A stretch of 64,000 bases of DNA from Acidimicrobiales bacterium (lineage in GTDB: Bacteria; Actinomycetota; Acidimicrobiia; Acidimicrobiales; SZUA-35): positions 24,534 through 88,533 of the forward strand of contig JAWKIL010000003.1 of NCBI GenBank assembly GCA_041394285.1. Direction: 5' to 3'. A program made the position numbers and the translations under genes. Shown piece by piece: positions 7,438-15,847 of the stretch. How positions within the stretch are numbered: position 1 is the first letter of the stretch; every line of letters begins with the position of its first letter. The notes under the pieces were generated by a model. It ran no database searches. It saw only the letters and a list, made by a program, of their open reading frames with translations, and was not told the origin of the DNA.

Positions 7438-8448
7438 CTATCCCACGTTCGGCGGGCGCGTAGGCAGTTCGCGGATCACCTCGCTCGGCTCCTTGTCGTC
7501 CCGGATGCCGAGGAACACGGGATGGCGGAGCAGGCCGTCGTCGGCCCACGACCCGTAGCTGACCTCCACCACCACGTCGGGCTCCACCCAGCTGGGTGGC
7601 TTGAGCAGGGGCGGTACCTCCACGAAGGGGCTGGTGGGCCGGGGGCGGAGCCGGGGGCGGAGCAGCTCGCGGTGCTTGTCGGTGAGGCCGGAGCCCACCG
7701 CCCCGGCGAAGCGGAGGCGGCGAGCGTCCCCCGTACCCGGCTCGTGGTAGCCCACGAGCAGCGAACCGATCCGGCCGGCCAGCGCCCCCTGTCCCGGCAG
7801 CCAGCCCCCCACCACCAGCTCCTGGTGGAGCCGGACCTTCACCTTGATCCACTCGCGGGTGCGGCCGCCAGGCATATAGCGGCTGTCGAGCCGCTTGGCC
7901 ACCACCCCTTCCAGGCCCCGCTGGCGGGCCAGGTCCAGCAGCGCCGCTCCCTCGCCCCGGCCCCCGCCCTCGATCGAGGGCGGCACCCGGACCACCGGCC
8001 CGTCGTCGATCAGCTTCCGCAGGAGCCGCCGACGGGTGGTGTAGGGCAGGTCCACCAGGGGCCGGCCGTCCAGTTCCAGCAGGTCGAACACGAGGTAGAC
8101 CACGGGGTGCCGGCCCATCAGCGCGGCCGAGGGGGCGGTCACGTGCATCCGGTTCTGGAGGCGGCCGAACGACGGCTGGCCGTCGTCGTCGAGCACCACC
8201 ACCTCCCCGTCGAGCACTGCCGGTACCCCCACCAGCGGCCCGAGGCCGGCCAGCTCGGGGTAGCTGGGCGTCACCTCGCGCCCGTTGGCCGACCACAGGC
8301 GGGGCCCGGCCGTCGGATCGCAGCGGGCCACGATCCGCATCCCGTCCCATTTGAGCTCGTATGCCCACCCCTCACCGGTGGGGAGATCGCCCAGCACGGC
8401 CTTCATCGGGGCGATCGACCCCGGGGGGTGGCTGGGCTTGACGACCAT
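7438..8448 (-). CDS. ATP-dependent DNA ligase (stand-alone ligase domain, LigC/LigD-LigDom type)
   Basis: 336 aa with nucleotidyltransferase motif I (ELKWDGMR), EGVVAKR, WIKVK and an OB-fold C-terminus. Confidence 0.9.
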   Translation of the reverse strand: MVVKPSHPPGSIAPMKAVLGDLPTGEGWAYELKWDGMRIVARCDPTAGPRLWSANGREVTPSYPELAGLGPLVGVPAVLDGEVVVLDDDGQPSFGRLQNRMHVTAPSAALMGRHPVVYLVFDLLELDGRPLVDLPYTTRRRLLRKLIDDGPVVRVPPSIEGGGRGEGAALLDLARQRGLEGVVAKRLDSRYMPGGRTREWIKVKVRLHQELVVGGWLPGQGALAGRIGSLLVGYHEPGTGDARRLRFAGAVGSGLTDKHRELLRPRLRPRPTSPFVEVPPLLKPPSWVEPDVVVEVSYGSWADDGLLRHPVFLGIRDDKEPSEVIRELPTRPPNVG

Positions 8449-8453
8449 GCCTC

Positions 8454-8490
8454 CACAGATACCTGGTCGGGAGCACAGATACCTGGTCGG
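8454..8490. repeat. two 17-bp direct repeats (cacagatacctggtcgg) with 20-bp periodicity in a divergent promoter region
   Basis: Exact copies at 8454-8470 and 8474-8490, between the ligase start (8448) and the tesB start (8517). Confidence 0.9.
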
Positions 8491-8516
8491 CAGCGGGATC
8501 TGCTAGCAAACACGGG

Positions 8517-9377
8517 ATGGATCTCACCGAGTTGCTGGACGTGCTGACCGTCGAGCCTGATCCGGGGGGCGCGCCCGACGTGTTCGTGGGGCACTCCCCG
8601 GCAGACCGTGACCGGCCCGTGTACGGCGGCCAGTTCCTGGCCCAGGCCCTGCGGGCGGCCGGGGCGACGGTGGAACCCGACCGTCGGCCCCACTCGCTTC
8701 ACGCCTACTTCGTACGCTCCGGCGCCCCCAAGACGCCCATCCGCTACGAGGTGACACGGGTGCGCGACGGCCGCTCGTTCAGCCACCGGGAGGTGGTGGC
8801 CACCCAGGACGGCAAGGAGGTGTTCCGCCAGATCCAGTCGTTCCAGGTGCCGACGGACGGGCTGGTGCACAGTGAGCGGTTCCCCGTCGAGCCCGGCTTC
8901 GACCCGGCCCGGGAGATCGGCTACCGGGCCTGGGTGCGGGAGGCGTCGACCCACCACGACCATCCCTGGTTCGGTGAGCAGATGCCGCTCGACATCCGCT
9001 TCGAGGCGGCACCCCCGGCCCAGCCCCGGACGCCGTTGGGCGGGGTGCTGCGGATCTGGATGCGGATCACCGAGACCATCCCGTCCGACGACCCGACGCT
9101 GCACGCCGCCCTCCTGGCCTGGATGAGCGACAAGACGATCAGCGACGTCGTGCTCTATCCCCACGCCCGGTCCTGGACCGACGTCGGGCACGACATCTTG
9201 AGCCTCGACCACGCCATGTGGTTCTACGACCCGGCCCGGGCCGATCAATGGGTGCTGTTCACCCATGAGACACCGGCCACCACAGGCGGGCGGGGCCTGG
9301 CCCGGGGCGATCTGGTGACGCTGAGCGGTCAGCGGGTGGGGGCGGTGGCCCAGGAGGCGCTGCTGGTGACGCCCTGA
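8517..9377 (+). CDS. tesB: acyl-CoA thioesterase II
   Basis: 286 aa. YGGQFLAQAL, HSLHAYF and VRDGRSF are typical of the TesB double hotdog. Confidence 0.88.
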   Translation: MDLTELLDVLTVEPDPGGAPDVFVGHSPADRDRPVYGGQFLAQALRAAGATVEPDRRPHSLHAYFVRSGAPKTPIRYEVTRVRDGRSFSHREVVATQDGKEVFRQIQSFQVPTDGLVHSERFPVEPGFDPAREIGYRAWVREASTHHDHPWFGEQMPLDIRFEAAPPAQPRTPLGGVLRIWMRITETIPSDDPTLHAALLAWMSDKTISDVVLYPHARSWTDVGHDILSLDHAMWFYDPARADQWVLFTHETPATTGGRGLARGDLVTLSGQRVGAVAQEALLVTP

Positions 9378-9409
9378 CCCCGCTGGTGCTCTGACCAGGA
9401 GGAACTTCT

Positions 9410-9431
9410 CCCTACCTACCGGTAGGTAGGG
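9410..9431. promoter_or_regulatory. perfect 22-bp palindrome (ccctacctacc|ggtaggtaggg), candidate operator upstream of the desaturase
   Basis: Self-complementary with no spacer. It lies 30 nt upstream of the desaturase start, and an extra half-site-like ggtagg occurs at 9445-9450. Confidence 0.6.
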
Positions 9432-9460
9432 AACGATGAAACTGGGTAGGCTCGACTGCG

Positions 9461-10378
9461 ATGGTCATAGACAGCGATCTTGCCCTCCTGGCCGAACTCG
9501 AGCCCGAGGCCGGCCGCCTGCTCGACAAACACCTCGCCTCCACCAAGGACTGGCACCCCCACAAGATGGTGCCATGGTCCCGGGGCCGGGACTTCGAACC
9601 GGGCTACGAATGGAGCCCAGAGGAGAGCAGCCTGCCCGACGCGGTGCGCAGCGCCCTCTTCATCAACCTGCTCACCGAAGACAACCTGCCGTACTATTTC
9701 CGCGACATCGAGCGGATGTTCGGCCGTGACGGTGCCTGGGGGACCTGGGTGCGGCGGTGGACGGCGGAGGAGAACCGGCACTCCACGGTCATCCGCGACT
9801 ACCTCACGGTCACCCGGGCCATCGATCCGGCCGAGCTGGAAAACGCCCGCATGGCCCAGATGAGCGGGGGCAAGGTGCCGGAGCCGCCGACGGCGGCCGA
9901 CGGGCTCATCTACGTCAGCCTGCAGGAGCTGGCCACCCGGATCTCGCACCGCAACACCGGCCTCGCCCTCGAGAACCACGACCGGGTGGGCTACGACATC
10001 ATGCGCCAGGTGGCGATCGACGAGAACCGCCACCACATCTTCTACCGCGACATGGCCAAGGCCGTCATCGAGGTAGACCCGAGCATGGGCGTGCTGGCCA
10101 TGGAACGCCAGATCATTGGGTTCACCATGCCCGGCGACGGGATCCCGGGCTTCGCCCGCCACGCCCGGGCCATCGCCGCCGCCGGGATCTACGACCTGGC
10201 CGTCCACCACGAGCAGATCCTGGAGCCGGTGGTGATGAAGCAGTGGGGCCTGGCGTCGCTCACCGGGCTCACCCCTGAAGCGGAGGCGGCCCGGGAGCGG
10301 GTGCTGGCCTACCTGGCCAAGTCCGAGCGGGTGGCCCGCCGGTTGGCCGAACGCAAGCAGTCGCTGGTCGACGCCTAG
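9461..10378 (+). CDS. acyl-ACP desaturase (DesA1/DesA2-like di-iron desaturase)
   Basis: 305 aa with the di-iron ligand motifs EENRH (x2: WTAEENRH, IDENRHH) and a LTEDNLPYY region. Confidence 0.9.
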   Translation: MVIDSDLALLAELEPEAGRLLDKHLASTKDWHPHKMVPWSRGRDFEPGYEWSPEESSLPDAVRSALFINLLTEDNLPYYFRDIERMFGRDGAWGTWVRRWTAEENRHSTVIRDYLTVTRAIDPAELENARMAQMSGGKVPEPPTAADGLIYVSLQELATRISHRNTGLALENHDRVGYDIMRQVAIDENRHHIFYRDMAKAVIEVDPSMGVLAMERQIIGFTMPGDGIPGFARHARAIAAAGIYDLAVHHEQILEPVVMKQWGLASLTGLTPEAEAARERVLAYLAKSERVARRLAERKQSLVDA

Positions 10379-10381
10379 GGC

Positions 10382-10414
10382 GACCGCTCGGATGTTCGCC
10401 GGCGGCGAGCGGTC
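10382..10414. terminator. bidirectional stem-loop between convergent genes
   Basis: A 9-bp stem (gaccgctcg / cgagcggtc) with a 15-nt loop sits between the desaturase stop (10378) and the hydrolase stop (10415). Confidence 0.55.
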
Positions 10415-11218
10415 CTAGACGAGGAACGCTCCCACCGCCTCAGCCAGGGCCGCTGGCTGATCGAGGTTGGCCAGGTGGCCGGCCCCGGCCAGGGCCACCA
10501 GCTCGGCGTGGGGCACGGCGGCCTGCCACGCCTTCCCGTAAGGGCCGGTGATCAGGGCGTCGGCATCGCCCAGGATCACCCGGGTGGGAGCGGACAGCCG
10601 GTAGAGCCGCTTGGACAGGCGCCGGTTGGGGATGGGGAACAGCACCTTGCCCGCCGTGCCCAGGCGGCGGGCGTTCTGCACCATGAACTGGGCCAGCCCT
10701 TCGTCGGTCCCCATGTCCTGGCCCGGTGTGAGCAGCTTGGCCGCGTTGGCCGGATCGGCCAACAGCAGCTCGGTCAGCTGGAAGGGCAGCACGGCGAAGA
10801 TGTCGGGGATGGGGTGGTCGTCGAGCCACAGGCCGTAGGGGGCCACCAGCACCAGGCGGTTCAGGTCGCGGCGGGCCAGGCACGCCATCTCGGCCGCCAC
10901 CATGGCCCCCATCGAGTGGCCCACCAGGTGGGGGTGGTCGAGGCCGAGGGTGTCGGCGATGTCCCAGCCCAGGAGGGCGAAGTCGAGCATGTCCTCGACC
11001 GAGCCCTCGTTCTCCAGCTCCGAGTAGCCCGGCCACAGGGGGGCGTGGACCCGGAACCGCCGGGCCAACGCGTCGAGGGACTCTTCGGTGTGGGCCAGCC
11101 CGGCCATCGAGTGGAACCACAGGATGTCGCCCTCGGCCGAGGCCGGATCGGCCGGGGTCCACTGGCGCACGACGACCTCGATGCCCCGGGGGGTGGTGAT
11201 CGTGGTCTGGGTGCTCAT
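10415..11218 (-). CDS. alpha/beta hydrolase
   Basis: ORF trimmed to ATG 11218 (MSTQTT...), which overlaps the upstream TGA by 1 nt (TGATG). It has a GHSMG nucleophile elbow. Confidence 0.85.
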   Translation of the reverse strand: MSTQTTITTPRGIEVVVRQWTPADPASAEGDILWFHSMAGLAHTEESLDALARRFRVHAPLWPGYSELENEGSVEDMLDFALLGWDIADTLGLDHPHLVGHSMGAMVAAEMACLARRDLNRLVLVAPYGLWLDDHPIPDIFAVLPFQLTELLLADPANAAKLLTPGQDMGTDEGLAQFMVQNARRLGTAGKVLFPIPNRRLSKRLYRLSAPTRVILGDADALITGPYGKAWQAAVPHAELVALAGAGHLANLDQPAALAEAVGAFLV

Positions 11219-12507
11219 CAGTTCGCCCCCTCGGGCTTGGTCGCCACCCGCCGGGCGTGGTCGAGCCCCTGCTCGGGCACCACCCGGTCTTCCAGCGGCT
11301 TGGGCCACCACCGGGTGTCACTTGCCCCGTCTTTCGTGTCGTAGTCGGGCCACATGTTCTTGAGCTGGGGCATCACCTTCTCGGCGAACAGCTGGGTGGA
11401 GTAGCGGGTCTTGTCGTCCGGCATGTTGCCCATGTGCAGCAGGGTGAAGATCGAGCCCAGGCGGAGGTTCTTGATCATGTCTTCGGTCTGCTCCCGCACC
11501 GTGTCGGGGCCGCCGGCGATCACGAACCCGCCCTCCACCAGGTCCTTCCAGGTGAGGTTGGTGAACGTCGACTGATTCTCCTTGCGCACCTGGCTGAGGA
11601 TGCCAGCCTTGATCGTCTTGATCGTGCGGTAGCCGGGGGCGTCGGCGAAGCCGGGGTAGACGTGGAGGCAGCGGTTGAAAAAGTACAGGAGGTGCTCGGC
11701 GTAGAGCTTCTCGGCCTCGGCGTCGTTGTCGGCCACGCAGAAGATCTGGGCGAAGCTGGCCCGCCCCGGCGACTCGTCCTTGCCCCGCTCGGCCACCCGG
11801 TTCCAGTAGCCGTCCATCAGGAGCTTGCCGGCCTTGTGGCCCTGGAACGACAGGTAGGAGTAGTTGTAGTCGTGGTCGAGGCAGAAGTCCCAGGTCTCGA
11901 TGGAGCCGCCACCCGGGATGTAGATCGGCGGATGGGGCTTCTGGATCGGCTTGGGCCAGCAGTTGACGTAACGGAGCTGCTGGTACTTGCCGTCGAAGGC
12001 GAAGGGCTCGTCTTCGGCCCAGGCCCGCATGATCAGCTCGTGGGCTTCGGCGTACTTGTCGCGCGTCAGGGCCGGGATCTGGCCGTAGGCGTAGTTGGTG
12101 TCCATCGACGTGCCGACCGGGAAGCCCGCCACCAGGCGACCCCCCGAGATCACGTCGAGCATGGCGAACTCCTCGGCCACCCGCAGGGCCGGGTTGTAGA
12201 GGGCGATCGAGTTGCCGATGACGCACAGGGCGGCCTTGGAGGTCCGGCGGGCCAGGCCGGCGGCGATGATGTTGGGCGACGGCATGATGCCGTAGCCGTT
12301 CTGGTGGTGCTCGTTGACCCCGATGCCGTCGAAGCCGAGCTCCTCGGCGAACTCCAGCTGGTCCATGTAGGTGTGGTAGACCGCGTTCGCCTTCACCGGG
12401 TCGAACAGCTTCGAATCGATGTCGACCCACACCGAACGGTGCTTCTCCCGGAAGTCGTCGGGCAGGTAGGGCCACGGCATCAGGTTGAAGAACACGAAGT
12501 TGACCAT
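11218..12507 (-). CDS. LLM-class flavin-dependent oxidoreductase (luciferase-like monooxygenase)
   Basis: Trimmed to ATG 12507 (MVNFVFFNL...). It has the typical LLM N-terminus, with GFDGIGVNEHH. Confidence 0.85.
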   Translation of the reverse strand: MVNFVFFNLMPWPYLPDDFREKHRSVWVDIDSKLFDPVKANAVYHTYMDQLEFAEELGFDGIGVNEHHQNGYGIMPSPNIIAAGLARRTSKAALCVIGNSIALYNPALRVAEEFAMLDVISGGRLVAGFPVGTSMDTNYAYGQIPALTRDKYAEAHELIMRAWAEDEPFAFDGKYQQLRYVNCWPKPIQKPHPPIYIPGGGSIETWDFCLDHDYNYSYLSFQGHKAGKLLMDGYWNRVAERGKDESPGRASFAQIFCVADNDAEAEKLYAEHLLYFFNRCLHVYPGFADAPGYRTIKTIKAGILSQVRKENQSTFTNLTWKDLVEGGFVIAGGPDTVREQTEDMIKNLRLGSIFTLLHMGNMPDDKTRYSTQLFAEKVMPQLKNMWPDYDTKDGASDTRWWPKPLEDRVVPEQGLDHARRVATKPEGAN

Positions 12508-12551
12508 CGGGCAAGTTTGTCGGTCGGTGTCGGCGCGGGCCAATCTCGGGG

Positions 12552-13232
12552 ATGGCCGATGAGACTCCGTCACCGCTCGATCTGCTGGGCGTGATCTCGG
12601 CCCGCAGCGTGGCCATCGACGACAACCTCGACCACTTCGAGATCTACACCATGGAAGGGCTGCTGACCCTGCTGTGGCATGGGCCGTCCGTCGCCGAGCG
12701 GGTGGTGGTGTGCGTGGGCGGGGCCATGGGCGGGCTGCTCGGCCCCGACGGCGGTCTCTACCACCAGCTGGGCCGCCAGCTCCCGGACCAGGGCATCGGC
12801 GTGCTGCGTATCAGCTACCGGCGGCCCAACCACCTCGAGACGTGCGTGCACGACACGTTGGCCATGATGGAGCTGGCGGCCCGGCACGGGTGCCAACGCT
12901 TCGCCGTGCTCGGCCACTCCTTCGGCGGGGCGGTGGCCATCCAGGCCGCGGCGAAGTTGGACAGGTCGGCGGTGCCGGCCGTGGTCACCTTCGCCACCCA
13001 GTCGGCCGGCTGCGAACCGGTGGAGCAGCTGGCCGACCGGAACCTGCTGTTCTTCCATGGCACCGATGACCGGATCCTTCCGCCCCAGTCGAGCGAGATG
13101 GTCCGGTTCCTGGCCGGGGCGGGCGAGCTGGTGCTGCTACCGGGCGCCGACCATGCCCTGCACCCGGCAGGCGACGAGATCCTGGCCCGGCTCCTCACCC
13201 ACTTGCCGGAGGTCTTGGAGGCCGCAGACTAG
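12552..13232 (+). CDS. alpha/beta hydrolase (dienelactone-hydrolase-like)
   Basis: 226 aa with the GHSFGG nucleophile motif and a C-terminal D...H pair. Confidence 0.8.
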   Translation: MADETPSPLDLLGVISARSVAIDDNLDHFEIYTMEGLLTLLWHGPSVAERVVVCVGGAMGGLLGPDGGLYHQLGRQLPDQGIGVLRISYRRPNHLETCVHDTLAMMELAARHGCQRFAVLGHSFGGAVAIQAAAKLDRSAVPAVVTFATQSAGCEPVEQLADRNLLFFHGTDDRILPPQSSEMVRFLAGAGELVLLPGADHALHPAGDEILARLLTHLPEVLEAAD

Positions 13233-13402
13233 GCGGCGGCGGCCAGAGCGGTCAGCTCGACCGCCTCGGGCCGATGGAGACCGAGCTCGATCACGAGGGC
13301 CTCCGAGACCTGTTCATCGGACAGACCCTGTTGTCGCAGGTACCCCGCGGCCCGGAGGGCGAACTCGCGGTCGGTGTTGTCGTCTGTCTCGAAGTCCGGC
13401 AT
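13229..13402 (-). CDS. 57-aa hypothetical small protein (below the ORF-track cutoff)
   Basis: Hand translation gives MPDFETDDNTDREFALRAAGYLRQQGLSDEQVSEALVIELGLHRPEAVELTALAAAA. GAAAGGA lies 7 nt upstream of the ATG, and GC3 is high. Confidence 0.45.
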   Translation of the reverse strand: MPDFETDDNTDREFALRAAGYLRQQGLSDEQVSEALVIELGLHRPEAVELTALAAAA

Positions 13403-13496
13403 CGGACGATCCTTTCGCTGGTGGATCTGTTCTAGCCCTTTGCTTTCCCCCGGCCCAGTGGATTACAGCCCAATTCCATGAGCTGTAACCGGGTGG

Positions 13497-14315
13497 TCAC
13501 AATGTGTGGAATCGGACTTCGTATGTGACGGGCCACAACTTTCCCGTGAGCCAGAACGCGCCGGTCTCGGGGTCGTGGGCGATGCCGTTGGCCACGGCGT
13601 TACGGTCGCCCCGGTAGGCGTCGGGCACCAGGTCGGCGACGTCGGCGGTGGCGGTGACCACCCCGGTTGTGGGATCGATGACCACGATGGTGGTGGTGAG
13701 CCACACGTTCGCCCAGACCTGGCCGTCGACGCATTCCAGCTCGTTGATGTTGGCCACGGGTTGGCCGGCCAGCGTGACCGGCACCGAGCGGCGCAGCTCG
13801 AACGTGGCGGGGTCGCGGAACTGGAGCTCGCTCGTCCCGTTGCTCATCACCAGGTCGGTGCCGTCGTAGCACAGGCCCCAGCCCTCGCCGTCGTAGGCTT
13901 CGGTGCGTTCCTCGACGGCGGCGGGATCGAGGTCCGCCAGGGGGGTGACGAGCACGGTCTCGTTCTTCCAGGTGAGTTGGATGGCCTGCCCGTCCACCAC
14001 CGTGACCCCCTCGGCGTACAGCTCGTCGGCCACCCGCACCTCGTCGGTGACCGCGCCGGTGGCAGGGTCGGTCAGCCGCAGCCTCGACTGCCCCTCCCGG
14101 CCGGTGCTCTCCAGCAGCTGGCCGTCGTGCAGCTCGAAGCCCTCCGTCCACGCCGTCTCGTCGTGCGGGTAGGTGCCCAGCACCTCTATCGACAGGGTCT
14201 CCGGGCCGTCGCCGACGGGACCGACCGGCACCGTGGCCTGCTGCTCGGCGGCCCCGCTGCCGCATCCGGCCAGAAGGAAGGCCGCCACCAGCGCGGCGCG
14301 TGCGGTTCGATGCAT
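13497..14315 (-). CDS. glutaminyl-peptide cyclotransferase (bacterial/plant beta-propeller type), lipoprotein
   Basis: ORF 13497..15176 trimmed to ATG 14315. It has a lipobox (LLAGC), WTEGFELHDGQLLESTG and the GIAHDP..FWLTGK motifs of glutamine cyclotransferases. Confidence 0.85.
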   Translation of the reverse strand: MHRTARAALVAAFLLAGCGSGAAEQQATVPVGPVGDGPETLSIEVLGTYPHDETAWTEGFELHDGQLLESTGREGQSRLRLTDPATGAVTDEVRVADELYAEGVTVVDGQAIQLTWKNETVLVTPLADLDPAAVEERTEAYDGEGWGLCYDGTDLVMSNGTSELQFRDPATFELRRSVPVTLAGQPVANINELECVDGQVWANVWLTTTIVVIDPTTGVVTATADVADLVPDAYRGDRNAVANGIAHDPETGAFWLTGKLWPVTYEVRFHTL

Positions 14316-14335
14316 CGGCTCGAAGGTACCGGAGC

Positions 14336-15661
14336 TCACTCGATCTCCGTTCCGTCGGGGCGGTAGGTGCGCCACCGGCTGGTGTCGGGGTCCCGCTTGA
14401 GCTTGTAGCCCTTCTGCTTCCATCTGTTGTGCCGGCCGCAGAGCGGTGCCCCGTTGTGGGGGTGGGTGGGCCCGCCGTCGGTGTGGGCCTGGGCGTGGTC
14501 GGCCTCGCAGGCTGAGGTCGGGACCCAACATCCCGGCCAGAGGCAGGTGGTGCTCTGGAGCTTGACGGCGAGGCGGTTGCGGCCGGTGAACAGACGGTGG
14601 CGGCTGCCGACGTGGGTGGGTTGGCCGTTGGTGACGAGGACGGTGCGGAGGTGGTGGTGGAAGCTGTCGAGCAATGCTTCCACCGGTTCGAGCTTGTGGC
14701 CGTCGATGGTCTCGCACCGGTACGTGGCCGGGTCGTACCACTTGTTCGTGCTGTGGGCGGGGGCGGTGCAACGGGGGTCGGTGCAGGTGACCCGGTGAGC
14801 GGTTGCCTGGTAGGCGTCGGCGCTCCAGACGATGACATGCTCGGTAGCTGGTTCCTTGGCCCCGGGTTCGGCGGCGGCCGCCCGTTCGGCCATGGCGGCG
14901 AAGGCGTCGGCGGCTCGTTGGGCCGTGGTGCGTGCGAGGTCCGCGGCGCAGGCATTGTCGCCGTGCTCCTGGCGTGCCTCGGCCCAGTCGCCTTGCCATT
15001 CCTTGTCGGCGAAGGCGCGCAGGACGTCGTTGATCTTGGCTCCCTGCAACGCGCCGAAGGATCCTCTCAGGCGCCAGTCGAGGGACTGGGAGTCCTGGGT
15101 CATGGAGACGTGGCGGTGCTGGTGGCCGGTGTCGTCCCGAGGCTTGGGTCCATCGGCGTCGGCCAGGCGTTCCCATTCACGGACGGCGGCCTCGAAGTCG
15201 GGGTAGGCGCATTCGGTGGCCAGCAGGAGCAGGTCGGCCTGGAAGCCGACCAGGGCGTCTCGCACCCGGGAGTTCGAGTGCACGTTGGCGATCAGGTTGA
15301 CCTGGTCGGTACCGACCGTGCCGTCCCGGTAGGCGTCGGCGACGAGTGGCAGGTTGCGCAGGGCGCGGTCGAGGCGTTCCCGGCGGGCGGCTTCGGAGTT
15401 GGAGAGCCGGCAGGTGTGGCGGGTCATGATCCGGGCGCTGGCGTGCCCATCGACGTGGTGGAGGCCCGAGCGCTCGATGTGGCCGAGGAGGGCGACCCGG
15501 GCGGCGTCAACGGAGCGGGCGTGCTGTTCGATCCCGTCGAGCAGGGCCCGAACCTCATGGTTGGTGAACGACTCGGCCGGGAGCGCCTGGTAGCGGTGCA
15601 TGAGCTGGTGAAGGTCGGCCAGCACGGCCTCGGGGCTGTCGGATGTGCTGGCCGATTCCAT
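14336..15661 (-). CDS. DUF222 / HNH endonuclease (REP13E12-like)
   Basis: Trimmed to ATG 15661. It has a DUF222-type N-terminal region and a C-terminal HNH (CEADHAQAH...NGAPLCGRHNRWK). Confidence 0.85.
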   Translation of the reverse strand: MESASTSDSPEAVLADLHQLMHRYQALPAESFTNHEVRALLDGIEQHARSVDAARVALLGHIERSGLHHVDGHASARIMTRHTCRLSNSEAARRERLDRALRNLPLVADAYRDGTVGTDQVNLIANVHSNSRVRDALVGFQADLLLLATECAYPDFEAAVREWERLADADGPKPRDDTGHQHRHVSMTQDSQSLDWRLRGSFGALQGAKINDVLRAFADKEWQGDWAEARQEHGDNACAADLARTTAQRAADAFAAMAERAAAAEPGAKEPATEHVIVWSADAYQATAHRVTCTDPRCTAPAHSTNKWYDPATYRCETIDGHKLEPVEALLDSFHHHLRTVLVTNGQPTHVGSRHRLFTGRNRLAVKLQSTTCLWPGCWVPTSACEADHAQAHTDGGPTHPHNGAPLCGRHNRWKQKGYKLKRDPDTSRWRTYRPDGTEIE

Positions 15662-15737
15662 GAGACGACAGTAGACAGGGGGTGTGACAGTGAAAGGGCC
15701 GCCGTTGGAGAAATTGGATATATCTCGGTTCTGTGTA

Positions 15738-15757
15738 GCGAAATCTGCGTATTTCGC
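15738..15757. promoter_or_regulatory. inverted repeat gcgaaat-N6-atttcgc in an AT-enriched intergenic region
   Basis: 7-bp arms read directly. It lies between the HNH gene start and the divergent M20 gene. Confidence 0.4.
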
Positions 15758-15847
15758 AGAAGACGCGTACACGGTTGGGCGAGATCGGTCGAATGGGCGC
15801 CGGCTAGTCTCGGGCCGGAAGCCGGCGGGCGAAAGGACGACGCCGAG

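Noticed and set aside
13403-13496. The inverted repeat ttacagc-N12-gctgtaa after the cyclase gene, as a possible regulatory RNA.
   Set aside because: The 7-bp stem is short and has no U-tail. It is most simply a weak terminator or a chance palindrome, with no further support.
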